A DNA stretch of 64,000 nt from Macrostomum lignano (taxonomy: Eukaryota), in contig NIVC01001550.1 in NCBI GenBank assembly GCA_002269645.1, positions 62,001 through 126,000 of the forward strand, in the 5' to 3' direction. Position 1 is the stretch's first letter; each line of letters begins with the position of its first letter. Below, piece by piece: positions 61,680 to 64,000 of the stretch. The position numbers and the translations under genes were made by a program. The notes below the pieces were generated by a model. That model ran no database searches and had not been told where the DNA came from. It was given only the letters and a program-made list of their open reading frames with translations.

Positions 61680-64000
61680 ATGGTAGATAGCATTGGATTG
61701 CTAATCTATCCATGGTAAATAGCATTGGATTGCTAATCTATCCATGGTAGATAGCATTGGATTGCTAATCTATCCATGGTAAATAGCACTGGATTGCTAA
61801 TCTAGCCAACATCGTGGAGGTAGGCATGCACTGGATTGCTAATCTAGCCAACATCGTGGAGTACGAAATGGATTGGATTGCTAATATATCCAACATAATG
61901 GAGTACGAAATGGATTATTGGATTGCTAATCTAGCCAACATCGTGGAGGACAAAATGGATTAGATTGCTAATCTAGCCAACATCGTGGAGGACGAAATGG
62001 ATTGGATTGCTAATCTATCCATGGTAAATAGCATTGGATTGCTAATCTATCCATGGTAAATAGCATTGGATTGCTAATCTATCCATGGTAAATAGCATTG
62101 GATTGCTAATCTATCCATGGTAGATAGCATTGGATTGCTAATCTATCCATGGTAAATAGCACTGGATTGCTAATCTAGCCAACATCGTGGAGGTAGGCAT
62201 GCACTGGATTGCTAATCTAGCCAACATCGTGGAGTACGAAATGGATTGGATTGCTAATCTATCCATGGTAAATAGCATTGGATTGCTAATCTATCCATGG
62301 TAAATAGCACTGTATTGCTAATCTATCCAACATAATGGAGTACGAAATGGATTATTGGATTGCTAATCTATCCAACATAATGGAGTACGAAATGGATTGG
62401 ATTGCTAATCTATCCATGGTAAATAGCATTGGATTGCTAATCTATCCAACATCGTGGAGTACGAAATGGATTATTGGATTGCTAATCTATCCAACATAAT
62501 GGAGTACGAAATGGATTGGATTGCTAATCTATCCAACATAATGGAGTACGAAATGGATTATTGGATTGCTAATCTATCCAACATCGTGGAGTACGAAATG
62601 GATTATTGGATTGCTAATCTATCCAACATAATGGAGTACGAAATGGATTGGATTGCTAATCTATCCAACATAATGGAGTACGAAATGGATTGGATTGCTA
62701 ATCTATCCAACATAATGGAGTACGAAATGGATTGGATTGCTAATCTATCCAACATAATGGAGTACGAAATGGATTATTGGATTGCTAATCTAGCCAACAT
62801 AATGGAGTACGAAATGGATTGGATTGCTAATCTATTCAACATCGTGGAGGACGAATGGATTGGATTGCTAATCTATCCAACATAATGGAGTACGAAATGG
62901 ATTGGATTGCTAATCTATTCAACATCGTGGAGGACGAATGGATTGGATTGCTAATCTATCCAACATAATGGAGTACGAAATTGATTATTGGATTGCTAAT
63001 CTAGCCAACATAATGGAGTACGAAATGGATTATTGGATTGCTAATCTATCCAAAATAATGGAGTACGAAATGGATTATTGGATTGCTAATCTAGCCAACA
63101 TCGTGGAGTACGAAATGGATTGGATTGCTAATCTATCCAACATCGTGGAGTACGAAATGGATTGGATTGCTAATCTATCCAACATAATGGAGTACGAAAT
63201 GGATTATTGGATTGCTAATCTAGCCAATATAATGGAGTACGAAATGGATTATTGGATTGCTAATCTATCCAACATAATGGAGTACGAAATGGATTATTGG
63301 ATTGCTAATCTAGCCAACATCGTGGAGTACGAAATGGATTGGATTGCTAATCTATCCAACATAATGGAGTACGAAATGGATTATTGGATTGCTAATCTAG
63401 CCAACATCGTGGAGTACGAAATGGATTGGATTGCTAATCTATCCAACATAATGGAGTACGAAATGGATTGGATTGCTAATCTATCCAACATAATGGAGTA
63501 CGAAATGGATTGGATTGCTAATCTATCCAACATAATGGAGTACGAAATGGATTGGATTGCTAATCTATCCAACATAATGGAGTACGAAATGGATTATTGG
63601 ATTGCTAATCTAGCCAACATAATGGAGTACGAAATGGATTGGATTGCTAATCTATTCAACATCGTGGAGGACGAATGGATTGGATTGCTAATCTATCCAA
63701 CATAATGGAGTACGAAATGGATTGGATTGCTAATCTATTCAACATCGTGGAGGACGAATGGATTGGATTGCTAATCTATCCAACATCGTGGAGTACGAAA
63801 TGGATTGGATTGCTAATCTATCCAACATCGTGGAGTAGGAAATGGATTGGATTGCTAATCTAGCCAACATAATGGAGTACAAAATGGATTATTGGATTGC
63901 TAATCTATCCAACATAATGGAGTACGAAATGGATTGGATTGCTAATCTATCTAACATATTGGAGTACGAAATGGATTGGATTGCTAATCTATCCAACATA
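61680..64000 (+). repeat. 42/45 bp minisatellite with shorter 31 bp variants (runs off the window end)
   Basis: GGATTGGATTGCTAATCTATCCAACATAATGGAGTACGAAAT, with or without a TAT insert. Confidence 0.97.

Noticed and set aside
62454-63863. MEYEMDWIANLSNI repeat ORFs
   Set aside because: Translation of the 42/45-bp array, which probably lies in an intron of the minus-strand Cys-rich gene.
1-64000. Tandem arrays as CRISPR arrays
   Set aside because: Units are contiguous with no unique spacers, there are no cas genes, and the context is eukaryotic.

Overview
Intron-rich animal genomic DNA, with no prokaryotic features. GC-rich exons are separated by introns that each carry their own minisatellite. 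This style is most like a Macrostomum-type flatworm, but that is an inference and was not verified. I rebuilt six genes by hand from GT-AG junctions with consistent phases: LARP1 (-, 7 exons, 745 aa), eIF2-gamma (+, 3 exons, with a 1-bp frameshift in the last exon), an insulin-like peptide (+, 170 aa), LETM1 (+, 5' exon not found), a DEG/ENaC channel (-, 610 aa) and the 3' part of an unknown 12-Cys protein (-). There are about 30 tandem arrays, including a 4.3-kb satellite with a 1281-bp internal duplication, plus a mariner remnant, several MITEs and a tRNA-derived relic. The best hidden signal is two tandem H/ACA snoRNA-like genes in a LARP1 intron. Their shared 5' hairpin forms a canonical guide pocket for the conserved 18S rRNA motif CAUGGAA-U-A-AUGGAA. 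A second signal is that the transposon-rich domains show strong CpG-type C>T decay while exons keep their CpGs. All counts and alignments were done by eye.
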